Below, in pieces: positions 8,410-16,878 of a DNA stretch of 64,000 bases (positions within the stretch are counted from its first letter, which is position 1; every line of letters begins with the position of its first letter). The notes under the pieces are model-generated. The model was given only the letters and a program-made list of their open reading frames with translations, was not told the DNA's origin and ran no database searches. Position numbers and translations under genes: made by a program. This DNA is from an uncultured delta proteobacterium (lineage in GTDB: Bacteria > Desulfobacterota > Binatia > DP-6), in contig CAWFFN010000005.1 of assembly GCA_963815115.1 (NCBI GenBank), forward strand, positions 640,001-704,000, read 5' to 3'.

Positions 8410-10610
8410 TGCGGTCCCCTCAAGCCGACGATCTTCCAGTCGCCGTCGGCTTCCTTGCGCAGCATCCCGGTGGTGGTGACCTCGAGGTGGATCTTCTTGC
8501 CGGTCTTCGCGTCGGTGAACTCGTCCCGGCGGGTGAAGGTGGCGGCGGCCTGGTCGCCCTGGCGGAGCACGTCGATGCCGGAGATCTGCACCTTCAGATC
8601 GGGTGCGATCTGGAAGTAGGTCTGCAGCTTCTGGCGCTGCGATTCGCTCATCTGCTCCTGCAGGGCGGCGATCTGGTCGACGTTCCTCGCCTCCAGGGCG
8701 GCGCCGTAGCGGTTGAGGAGGCTCCGGATGGCGGCGTCGTCGCCGTCCTCCTCGGCGGCCCAGGCCATCGACTGTCCGAACAGCCAGGAAGATCCGCCGG
8801 GAGCGGGCAGCGGCGGGGTCGCCGTGGGCTCGGACGGGCGGGGTCCCGCGCGCGGCTCGTCGGACGGTGTCGGGTCGCCAAGGGTCTCCGTGAAGAGGCG
8901 ATAGACGTCGAGCGTCTCGTTGCCGCGGCTGGCGACGATCTCCTTCAGCTGCTGCGGGGTCGGTGTGACGCCGAGTGCGCGCAGGGTACGTTCCGCGAGC
9001 TCGTTCTCGAGCTCCATCAGCTTCTCCGGCGGCCCCTGGACGTGCTCGGTCGCCACCAGCAGCCCCGTGGCCGCATCGATGACGTCCAGGTCGAGCGACA
9101 CCAGCTTGTCGTCGAGCGCGATGCTCGCCGAGAGCATCCTGTTCATGTGCAGCTGCGCCGCAGCCTCGATCTCGCTCAGCCCCTTCGTCTTCTGCAGGAA
9201 GTCGATCATCTGGCGCGAGAAGACCTGGATGGGCGGGAACTTGCCGAGAATGGTGATGAGCCCGTCGCGGGTGAGCTGCCGCATCCAGGCCGGAACGCCA
9301 GGCGTGCGGGCGCGCACCTCCATCACGCCGATGCGGATCGGCGTCTGCGGACCCGTCGAGGTGCGCCGGAACACGCCCACGCCGATCGCCGCGGCGAGCG
9401 CGACGAGCGCCACGATCGCGGCGAACCGGCCGGGGCGTCGTCGCGGTGCGACGACCGTGGCGGGCGCGGGCACGGGGGCACGGATGGGGGCGGGCGGCTC
9501 GACGGCAGGCGGTGCCGGTGCGGGCCGCTCGGGCGCTTGCGCCGGCGGCAGCTGCGGCAGCGGCACGACCGCGCCGCTGCGCAGCAGGGTCTGCCCTGGG
9601 TTGCCGTAGAGCACGAACGAGAGCCAGGTCGGCGAGCCGGCGCTCTCCGGCCTGCGGCGGCACTCGGCGCGCGCGTCGCGCAGCGCCTCGCCGATCGGGA
9701 CGGGCTCGAGCACGCGCCGGTAGAACGCCTCGGCGAGCGTCGCGGCGTGCCGGTCGCTCACGTCGGCGAGTGTCCCGACCACGGCAACCGCGCCGCCGAA
9801 GAGAAACGCGTAGGCCACGCTCGACACGGTCGCTTCCCAGGAGCCGCTCGCGGGTCCCTGGTGCTCGCGTGCGCTGGCGCACGCGTTCAAGAAGACGAGA
9901 GGCCGGCCGGCGACGTTGGGCTCGATCACCGCCGGGGACAGCGGGCGCGAGTCGGCGAGCAGGAGCGCCGGGCCGGTCTCCTCGCTGGTGATGACGTGGC
10001 CACAGTAGTGGATGAGATCGAAGCCCTCGCCGAGATACGCCGCGACGGTCTCGAAGCTCGCCAGCCGGTCGACGACGCACACGATGTCGGCGAACGGCTC
10101 GAGGGTCTCGCAGACGCCCTCGACCTCCTGGCGCACGAAGGGCAGGTCGCCGCGCGGATCCGAGCCGATGACCAGCGCCCGCGGCCGCGCGCGCATGCGC
10201 GGCGTGGCGCCGGCGAGCAGTGGGCGGTCGAGCACGAGGCGCTTGCCGAGCCCGTAGCGCAGCCCCCAGAACTCCTCCTCGTCGTGCAGGAGCTCCCACG
10301 GCATGCCGTAGAGCGACGTGCTGATCAGGAGCGGCCCCGAGACGCCCCGCAGCTTCTCGCGCAGGCGGGCCGGGACGAGCGTGCGGTAGATCACCTGGCC
10401 GCGCGCCTGCGCCTCCTGGGCGAACGTCTTGCTCTCGGGGCTGCGCAGCAGCGACTCGGCGCTCGCCAGGAGGGCGCGCGTGGTGACGTCGTCGACCGGA
10501 TGGCGGAACTCTTCCTGGAGCGGCTCGCCGAGGTCGCGCTCGGGGATGTCGAGCCGGTAGCGGAGCGCGCCCGCGGTCCGCTCGATGGAGAGCGTCGGGA
10601 CGAGCCTCAT
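8406..10610 (-). CDS. Membrane-anchored CHAT-domain (caspase-like) protease with periplasmic TolB_N/CsgG-like and SnoaL/NTF2-like domains
   Basis: MPWELL, DLPFVRQEV, catalytic LIHYCGH and VFLNACAS, AVVGTLADVSD and WLSFVLYGNP motifs. These are followed by a Pro-rich linker, a TM helix FAAIVALVALAAAIGVGVF and two soluble domains. Start MRLVPTLS at 10610. Confidence 0.88.
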   Translation of the reverse strand: MRLVPTLSIERTAGALRYRLDIPERDLGEPLQEEFRHPVDDVTTRALLASAESLLRSPESKTFAQEAQARGQVIYRTLVPARLREKLRGVSGPLLISTSLYGMPWELLHDEEEFWGLRYGLGKRLVLDRPLLAGATPRMRARPRALVIGSDPRGDLPFVRQEVEGVCETLEPFADIVCVVDRLASFETVAAYLGEGFDLIHYCGHVITSEETGPALLLADSRPLSPAVIEPNVAGRPLVFLNACASAREHQGPASGSWEATVSSVAYAFLFGGAVAVVGTLADVSDRHAATLAEAFYRRVLEPVPIGEALRDARAECRRRPESAGSPTWLSFVLYGNPGQTLLRSGAVVPLPQLPPAQAPERPAPAPPAVEPPAPIRAPVPAPATVVAPRRRPGRFAAIVALVALAAAIGVGVFRRTSTGPQTPIRIGVMEVRARTPGVPAWMRQLTRDGLITILGKFPPIQVFSRQMIDFLQKTKGLSEIEAAAQLHMNRMLSASIALDDKLVSLDLDVIDAATGLLVATEHVQGPPEKLMELENELAERTLRALGVTPTPQQLKEIVASRGNETLDVYRLFTETLGDPTPSDEPRAGPRPSEPTATPPLPAPGGSSWLFGQSMAWAAEEDGDDAAIRSLLNRYGAALEARNVDQIAALQEQMSESQRQKLQTYFQIAPDLKVQISGIDVLRQGDQAAATFTRRDEFTDAKTGKKIHLEVTTTGMLRKEADGDWKIVGLRGPQ

Positions 10611-10836
10611 CGAGCCCCGTACGGGCTGCGCTGGGAGCCGGCGTGCAACCCGCGGGCTACCCGGGCGCCGCACACGGACCCCTGACCCGGCACGCCACGA
10701 GGACGACGGGGTCTCAGGCCTGCTTCGTCGCGCACGGACGTCGTCTCGGTGGAGCGCACCTAGCATCGCGAGGCCCGTGGGTCCACTCCGGGTTCGTCGA
10801 GGGTCGCGCGGCGGCGAGGCCACGGTCTCTCGCCGG

Positions 10837-11724
10837 CTACGCGGCGAGCTCGACGTCGAACCGGAGCTTGAACCTTAGCGTTCGTTCCCGTTCGTGCAGC
10901 TCGAGCACGTACCGTCCGGGTCTCACGCCCTTCACGAGCACGGGGGCCGTTCCCCTGACCGTGTAGCGCGCGACCAGTTCGGCGCGGTCCGCTTCTACCA
11001 CCCGGAGCTGCACCGAGAGCTCGCTGGTCTCGGACCCGGAGACGCGGAGCGCAATCGCCACCAGCTCATCGCTCTGCGCCTCGAGTCGGAGTTCGACCCA
11101 GAGTCCCGAGTCCGCGAGCGCGAACTGAACCTCCTGGCCGAGCCCCGGTGCGGTGGCCTCGGAGGAGTCGGCATCGAGGCCCCGCATCGCGCCCACAGGA
11201 ACGGGCACCGCGCCGACCAGGAAGCCCTCCGGGACCTCGGTGAAAACCGCGGCGGCGCGTCCGACCCGCACGACGGCGTGTCCGACCACCTCGCGCACCT
11301 TCGCACCGAATCGGTTCGCCGTCTCGCGCCACCGTGGCGCGGGAGCCAGGAGCGGCTCGAGTTCCCCGCGCGCCGCGGCGCGCTCGACGGCGATCAGCTC
11401 GACCAGCCGCTCCCGGCAAGCGATGCACCAGCCCAGGTGACGGGCGAGCGTAGGCTCCCGGTTGCGGATGTCGGCCGCAGCGAGGTCGGTGACAAGGTAG
11501 AGCCGATCCTGCACTGCGTCGCAGCCGAAAAGGGACTGCATCCGGTCCGACTCTGCGGGGAGCTCCCCGGTCGCCAGCTCGTAGACCGTCCGCAGGATGG
11601 ACCAGCAGTCGGAGCACCAGGCGGCGTGCTCCTCGGCGGCCCGCCGATTGGCGGCGGTCTCCGGCTCGCCCGGCTGAGCGGGCGGCGACGCGAGCAGAGT
11701 GGCGATGCAATCCTCGTGGTTCAC
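10837..11724 (-). CDS. Putative soluble anti-sigma factor with two zinc-finger (HxxxCxxC) motifs and a C-terminal beta-sandwich-like domain
   Basis: HAAWCSDC and HLGWCIAC motifs, position directly downstream of an ECF sigma gene, and no TM helix. GTG 11724 is preferred over ATG 11736 because the promoter -10 box abuts 11736. Confidence 0.75.
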   Translation of the reverse strand: MNHEDCIATLLASPPAQPGEPETAANRRAAEEHAAWCSDCWSILRTVYELATGELPAESDRMQSLFGCDAVQDRLYLVTDLAAADIRNREPTLARHLGWCIACRERLVELIAVERAAARGELEPLLAPAPRWRETANRFGAKVREVVGHAVVRVGRAAAVFTEVPEGFLVGAVPVPVGAMRGLDADSSEATAPGLGQEVQFALADSGLWVELRLEAQSDELVAIALRVSGSETSELSVQLRVVEADRAELVARYTVRGTAPVLVKGVRPGRYVLELHERERTLRFKLRFDVELAA

Positions 11725-11737
11725 GGCTGCAACCATC

Positions 11738-11765
11738 GGGACGAAAGTCCGCAGTGGGATGTGTC
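11738..11765 (-). promoter_or_regulatory. Putative ECF promoter GACACA-N16-CGTCCC upstream of the anti-sigma gene
   Basis: Minus strand reads GACACA tcccactgcggacttt CGTCCC. The same motif occurs at 12425 and 16875. Confidence 0.7.
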
Positions 11766-11773
11766 GCCCCCCG

Positions 11774-12397
11774 TCACTCGGGGTCCTCGAAAGCCTGGCG
11801 AAGGGCCTTGCGAATGCGTTTGAGCTGTCCAGCCACGCTGTCCCTGGTGAGTCCTTGACGCGCCGCGATCTCCTTTTCGGGCAGGTCGTCCACGAACTTG
11901 AGGCGGGCCACCTCGAGTCGCGACACGGCGCGCGCCACGATGGCGAGCCGCTCCCGGTGGGCCGCGAGGTCCTCGGGGCCGGGGGCGTCGTCCGGAAGGG
12001 AGTCCCGCAGCGCGTGCTCGGGGTCGTCCTCGGGCATGCCGACGTAGCCCCGCCGGCGCGAATGGCGGCGACCGTCGCGGGCCAGGTCCAGCACGGTGTG
12101 GACGAAGAGGGAGCGGGCCCAGGCTTCGAGCCGGTCCGCGTCGCGCAGCGTGTCCAGCTTCTCGCACGAGATCAGCTTCAGAAGAGCCGTCTGGACGGCG
12201 TCCTCGAGGTCGTCCTGGAGCTGGGGGTAGCGCCGGCGGCCGAGCGCGAGCCAGTGGCGCCGGAAGCCCTCCAACACGTTGCCGAGGCGTGGATCGGGCG
12301 TCCCCGACTGTGCAGAGCGCAAGATGCCGAGGATGGCTTCCGGCGGCCCAGTCAGCACTTCATCGTTCCCCTTCGAGATTGACCGAAGCCCCCCCAC
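11774..12397 (-). CDS. ECF-type RNA polymerase sigma-70 factor
   Basis: Region 2 DLEDAVQTALLKL...LEAWARSLFVHTVLDLAR and region 4 HTH LPEKEIAARQGLTRDSVAGQLKRIRKAL. The start may be the GTG at 12358. Confidence 0.9.
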   Translation of the reverse strand: MGGLRSISKGNDEVLTGPPEAILGILRSAQSGTPDPRLGNVLEGFRRHWLALGRRRYPQLQDDLEDAVQTALLKLISCEKLDTLRDADRLEAWARSLFVHTVLDLARDGRRHSRRRGYVGMPEDDPEHALRDSLPDDAPGPEDLAAHRERLAIVARAVSRLEVARLKFVDDLPEKEIAARQGLTRDSVAGQLKRIRKALRQAFEDPE

Positions 12398-12424
12398 CCG
12401 GTCAAGGTAGCGAACAGGGAGGAT

Positions 12425-12452
12425 GACACACTGCTACGCGGAGGGGCGTCCC
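12425..12452 (+). promoter_or_regulatory. Putative ECF promoter GACACA-N16-CGTCCC upstream of the FG-GAP gene
   Basis: GACACA ctgctacgcggagggg CGTCCC. The spacer shares GCGGA at the same offset as the 11765 copy. Confidence 0.7.
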
Positions 12453-12588
12453 TCTCAGCAGACCGCGCAGATGCGAGGCTCAGATGTCGAGGGGGAAAGC
12501 GGCTCGAGTGCGAGTCGAGCTGCGAATGGCCTTTTTCCGGGACTCTGGAGAAGGTAACCTTTCCGATCCCGCCCAAAGATCCCTCATC

Positions 12589-15500
12589 ATGCGGCGTCAT
12601 TCTCGGTCGATTGTCTTCGCTTCGCTGGTCATTCTTCTCCTGACTGGGCTGGCGCGCGCCGACGACATCACCTGCGGTGAAACGCTCTCGCGCGTCATCG
12701 ACGACCGCGGCGTCGATGACGAGCTCACCTTCACGGCGCTGCAGGGCGAGGTCGTCAGCGTCACCGTCGCCGCGGCCGCGGGTCAGCCGTTCAAGTTCGA
12801 TCCGCGGTGGGAGATCACCGATTCCGACGGTCACAAGGTGCCGCTCGCGAACGACGACACGCGTTGCGCCTCCACCGAGCATCAGTGCGAGACCCTCCCG
12901 TTTGCGGCCAGCGACACCTATACGCTCTCCATCCGGGACGACAATCACAACGCGGCCGGCACCTACAACGTCACCCTCGAGGCCGTGTCCGCCACGGCGA
13001 ACGGCGCGCTCAACGGGCCGCCGGCGCAGGTTCCCGCGTGCGCGCGCCTCAATCAGAGCGGCAAGCCCGATGGCACGCAGCTGATCGAACGCGGGCAGCT
13101 CGTCGGTGGCGCCATCGACGTCTTCGGCGAGACCGACACCTTCACCTTCGCCGCCTCGGCCGGCGACGTGGTGACCATCGGGCTCGCGACCGGCGGCTCG
13201 CCCGCCGATTCCTTCGACCCGGTCTGGCGGCTCTTCGATCCCGCCGGCGCGGTCGTCGGTGGAGGGGACCAGGGCATCGTCTACTGCCCCGACACGTGCG
13301 ACCGGGGTCCGCTGCCCGCGGCCGGCATCTACACCATCAAGGTCTACGATTTCGGCTACGACGGCGCCGGCGACTACACGCTGTTCCTGCAGAACGCCGC
13401 GGTCACCACGACGACCACGATCACCACCACCACCGCCGCGCCCGCGACCACCACCACGACGCTGCTGCCGGCGGGCACGGCTCCGATCTACGAGCTGGCG
13501 AAGACGCTCCGGCGTCTCGGTTCGGCGGAGGAGCTCGGTGCGGCGCTCGCCGCGACCCCGGACCGGCTGATCATCGGCTCGCCCGCGGACCAGACGAGCG
13601 GTCCCGCCGCCGGCGCGGTGTTCGTCGTGAGCCTCTTCGGCACTCCAGGCGATCCGAACTACGGCCAGCTGCTGGCAACGCTGGTCAAGCCGAGCGGGCC
13701 GAGCGCGAAGGACGACCGCTTCGGCGCCGCGCTGGCGCTCATCGATCAGAGCATCCTCGTCGGCGCGCCGGGTGACGACACGAAGGGCGAGGACGCCGGC
13801 GCGGCATACGTCTTCGGAGCCGACCTCCGGCCGGCGCTGCGCGACCCGCTCACCTCACCGCGGGGCGCGGCTGGCGGCCGCTTCGGTGCCGCCGTCGCGG
13901 TGGTCGATGGCCAGGCGCTCGTCGGCGCTCCCGGTGAGGACGGCGTGGGACGGGTCTATCTCTTCGATCCCGCCGGAACGCCCATCCAGAATTTCGATGC
14001 CGCCGCTGCCGTCGCCGGCGCAATCGACGTGCAGAACGCCAATGCCGCCACGGCACGCGCCGGGGATCGGTTCGGGTCGGCGATCGCCGCGTCGGGTGAC
14101 GAGATCGTCTTCGGCGCGCCCGCCGACGTCAACAACCCCGGACGCGTGTTCCTCTTCAACAGCCGGACGGGCAAGTGGCAGGTCATTGCCAGCCCGAGCC
14201 CGTCGCCGGGCGACGGCTTCGGCTCGGCCGTGACGTTCGCGGGCAACGCGCAGATCGTCATCGGCGCGCCGGGGGTCGAGAAGATCTTCGTGGTCGGGCA
14301 GCAGCGCGGCAAGCCGGCGCAGGACGTCGGGCTCGCCCCGAGCGGCGGGCTCGGAGCCGCGGTCGCCGCGTTCGGTTCGAATCAGCTCCTCGTCGGCGCG
14401 CCGACGGACGGCGCCGCCACGGGCGGAGCGGCGTTGCAGGTCCGGCTCGACAACAACCCCTCCAAGAGCGAGATCCTGACCAAGTTCGTCAAGAAGCTTC
14501 CCGAGGCAGGCGATGGGTACGGCACGGCGGTGGTCGCGGCAGGCGCTCGCATCGCGATCGGTTCGCCGGGCGACAACGCCGGCACCGTCAGCGGGGGCGC
14601 CGTGTACGTCTACGGCCCGACCAGCACCACGCCGGAGGCGGTGTTCCGCAAGCGTCTCACCCCGTCGGGATTCGGCAAGGCGCTGAGCGCCAATGCCACC
14701 GACGTGGTCGTGGGAGCGCCGGAGGATGTCGAGGGCCACGGCGCCGTCTACCGCTTCGATACGCGCATCCCGTGCACGCCGAACTGTCCGCTGCTCGGAT
14801 CGGCGGTTACGGGCCCAGTCGCCGGCTCGCGCTTCGGCCAGACCGTCGCGGTGCTCGACGGGACGACGCTGGTCGGCGCACCGTCCCAGGACGGCGCGCA
14901 GGGCCAGGAGAGCGGTGCCGCGTACCTGGTGAACCCGACGCAGGTCGGTCCGCTGCTGGCGGATCCCGAGCCCTTCCCCGGCGATCAGTTCGGCTTCGCG
15001 GTCGCCGCGGCCGACAACGACCTCCTGGTTGGCGCGCCGCTTCTCGGCAGCTCCGACACCGGCGCGGTCTTCGTCTTCGAGCAGAGCGACGGCTTCCCCC
15101 GTCGCGTGACGTACCGCAAGCCCACGCCCACCGCGGGCGATTTCTTCGGCGCCGCGATCGCGGTCGACGGGGACACCGTCGCCGTCGGCGCGCCGTTCGA
15201 CAACGCGGCCGCACAGAATGGCGGCGCCGTCTACCTCTTCCGTCGCTCCACCGCGGAGCTGCTGCGGACGGACCCGCTGGTGAGCAACGCCCCGGTCGCG
15301 CGCGAGCTGTTCGGCTCCGCACTGGCGATCAGCCCCCAGTGGATCGTCGTCGGCGCTCCGCTCCAGGACGGCAGCAACGACGCGCCCGGCAAGGCCTACG
15401 TCTTCGACCGCGCCACGTTCGCGCTGGTGCGCAGCCTCGCCAGCCCGAGTCCCCACCCCGGGGATCACTTCGGCGCTTCGGTGGCGATCGTCGGCGGCTA

Positions 15501-16452
15501 CGTCCTGGTCGGTGCCCCGTATGACGACTCCGGCGCCACGCAGACGGGCGCGGCCTACCTCTTCGAGCCCGCCTCCGGGAACCTGGCGCAGGTCTTCAAC
15601 AACCCCGCGCAGAACGCCTTCGACCACTTCGGCCAGGCGGTCGTCGCCGGGCCAGCGGGTCCGGTGATCGGCGCTCCCGGTCCGTCGCGCGTCTACGTCT
15701 ACCAGCCCGCCTCGGGTGGCCTCACGGTCCGCAATGCGCATGGCATCACCGCCGCCGCCTCCGGGCCGCGGTGCGGCAACGGCATCGTCGAGGGCGCCGA
15801 GCAGTGCGACGACGGCAACTCGATCGATACCGACGATTGCCGCAACGACTGCACGCTCCAGAAGTGCTGCACCATCGACCCGCTCGCAGCCGACCGTTGC
15901 AACGACTTCGACCCCTGCACGGACGACGTGCTCGATGCCAGCGGCGGCTGCAGGAACGTGGACAACGGCACCTGCTGCACCTCGGACGCGAGCTGCACCG
16001 GCAACGGCACCTGCCGCCTGTGCGCAGGATGCTCGCTGTTCCCTTGGGACTGCTGCGACCAGGGCGCCGCCTGCATCCTCAAGTCATCGGAGTGCTCCGA
16101 TAAGACGTGCTTCGATGCGGCGACCTGCGAGTGTGAGGGAGGCCTCACCTGCAGCGACGGCGCCGTGCCCACGGAGATCTCGAGTCTCTTCGTGCCGGCC
16201 TGCGACATGCTGCGCCTGGAGCAGGACGGCAGCTCGGACAGGACGCCGCTCCAGGTCGCGCGGCTCGCCGCGAAGGAAGCCCGCAAGATGCTCCGCAAGG
16301 CGATGCACCGCACGCGCGAGCAGCTCTCCCGGCACGTCATCTCCAAGGGCTGCCGCAAGGAGATCATGACCACGCTTCGCCAGGTGCGACGCTCCATCCC
16401 GGAGGGCCAGCACATGCGGAAGTGCGTGGCTCATGAGCAGCCGGGAGCCTGA
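12589..16452 (+). CDS. Large secreted protein: two PPC-like domains, Thr-rich linker, many FG-GAP (integrin-alpha-like) repeats, Cys-rich (DUF4215/myxobacterial-type) repeats and a basic helical C-terminus
   Basis: Signal peptide MRRHSRSIVFASLVILLLTGLARA, a dozen or more FG..A....VGAP...GAVYxF repeats, and CGNGIVEGAEQCDDGN...CRNDC and CNDFDPCTDDVLD repeats. Confidence 0.9.
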   Translation: MRRHSRSIVFASLVILLLTGLARADDITCGETLSRVIDDRGVDDELTFTALQGEVVSVTVAAAAGQPFKFDPRWEITDSDGHKVPLANDDTRCASTEHQCETLPFAASDTYTLSIRDDNHNAAGTYNVTLEAVSATANGALNGPPAQVPACARLNQSGKPDGTQLIERGQLVGGAIDVFGETDTFTFAASAGDVVTIGLATGGSPADSFDPVWRLFDPAGAVVGGGDQGIVYCPDTCDRGPLPAAGIYTIKVYDFGYDGAGDYTLFLQNAAVTTTTTITTTTAAPATTTTTLLPAGTAPIYELAKTLRRLGSAEELGAALAATPDRLIIGSPADQTSGPAAGAVFVVSLFGTPGDPNYGQLLATLVKPSGPSAKDDRFGAALALIDQSILVGAPGDDTKGEDAGAAYVFGADLRPALRDPLTSPRGAAGGRFGAAVAVVDGQALVGAPGEDGVGRVYLFDPAGTPIQNFDAAAAVAGAIDVQNANAATARAGDRFGSAIAASGDEIVFGAPADVNNPGRVFLFNSRTGKWQVIASPSPSPGDGFGSAVTFAGNAQIVIGAPGVEKIFVVGQQRGKPAQDVGLAPSGGLGAAVAAFGSNQLLVGAPTDGAATGGAALQVRLDNNPSKSEILTKFVKKLPEAGDGYGTAVVAAGARIAIGSPGDNAGTVSGGAVYVYGPTSTTPEAVFRKRLTPSGFGKALSANATDVVVGAPEDVEGHGAVYRFDTRIPCTPNCPLLGSAVTGPVAGSRFGQTVAVLDGTTLVGAPSQDGAQGQESGAAYLVNPTQVGPLLADPEPFPGDQFGFAVAAADNDLLVGAPLLGSSDTGAVFVFEQSDGFPRRVTYRKPTPTAGDFFGAAIAVDGDTVAVGAPFDNAAAQNGGAVYLFRRSTAELLRTDPLVSNAPVARELFGSALAISPQWIVVGAPLQDGSNDAPGKAYVFDRATFALVRSLASPSPHPGDHFGASVAIVGGYVLVGAPYDDSGATQTGAAYLFEPASGNLAQVFNNPAQNAFDHFGQAVVAGPAGPVIGAPGPSRVYVYQPASGGLTVRNAHGITAAASGPRCGNGIVEGAEQCDDGNSIDTDDCRNDCTLQKCCTIDPLAADRCNDFDPCTDDVLDASGGCRNVDNGTCCTSDASCTGNGTCRLCAGCSLFPWDCCDQGAACILKSSECSDKTCFDAATCECEGGLTCSDGAVPTEISSLFVPACDMLRLEQDGSSDRTPLQVARLAAKEARKMLRKAMHRTREQLSRHVISKGCRKEIMTTLRQVRRSIPEGQHMRKCVAHEQPGA
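13401..13460 (+). repeat. ACC/ACG codon run encoding a Thr-rich linker
   Basis: Encodes VTTTTTITTTTAAPATTTTT. Confidence 0.8.
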
Positions 16453-16504
16453 GGGGCGGCCGGCCCCGTGGGGCGCCGGCGCCCGAGGGTCGCTCCGAAG
16501 CCGC

Positions 16505-16825
16505 TCAGTCGAACTCGTCGTCGCGGGCCGCGGGCCGCACGTACCGGCCTCTGGCGACCAGCCGGCGGAAGGCTTCCAGGACGGCCGCCTCCCGGCTCAT
16601 CTCCTCGACGCGGCCGTCCTCGTCCTCGAGCCGCACCAGCACCCCGGGCAGCTCGCGCACGTTACAGCCCACCTGCTCGAGAAAGCCGCGCGCGATCTGG
16701 AGGTCGTCGGCGGACGCCTTGATCCGGCCGGCGGCCAGCCAGGCGTCGGCGATGCGCACGGCGGCCAGCTCGAATCGGCACTCGACCGGCCGGGGCACGT
16801 TGCGCAGAACGTCGTAGTGATCCAA
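16505..16825 (-). CDS. Hypothetical ~106-aa cytoplasmic protein
   Basis: TTG start at 16825 with a GGAGGGGG RBS 7 nt upstream, GC3-biased codons, and the third copy of the ECF-like motif upstream. Confidence 0.7.
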   Translation of the reverse strand: MDHYDVLRNVPRPVECRFELAAVRIADAWLAAGRIKASADDLQIARGFLEQVGCNVRELPGVLVRLEDEDGRVEEMSREAAVLEAFRRLVARGRYVRPAARDDEFD

Positions 16826-16847
16826 CCGTGTGCCCCCTCCGCGGGTC

Positions 16848-16875
16848 AAGACGGGGGCAGCGCGGTGGATGTGTC
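16848..16875 (-). promoter_or_regulatory. Putative ECF promoter GACACA-N16-CGTCTT
   Basis: Minus strand reads GACACA tccaccgcgctgcccc CGTCTT, within the ~50-bp gap after korB. Confidence 0.65.
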
Positions 16876-16878
16876 AGG

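Noticed and set aside
7177-10299. 1040-aa ORF from the ORF track
   Set aside because: Only the last 410 codons (from GTG 8409) look like protein. The rest is an off-frame shadow of the CHAT gene.
13500-15720. Recurrent GTCGGCGCGCC / TTCGGC motifs suggesting a DNA repeat array or CRISPR
   Set aside because: They are the codons of FG-GAP protein repeats, with irregular spacing and no cas genes.
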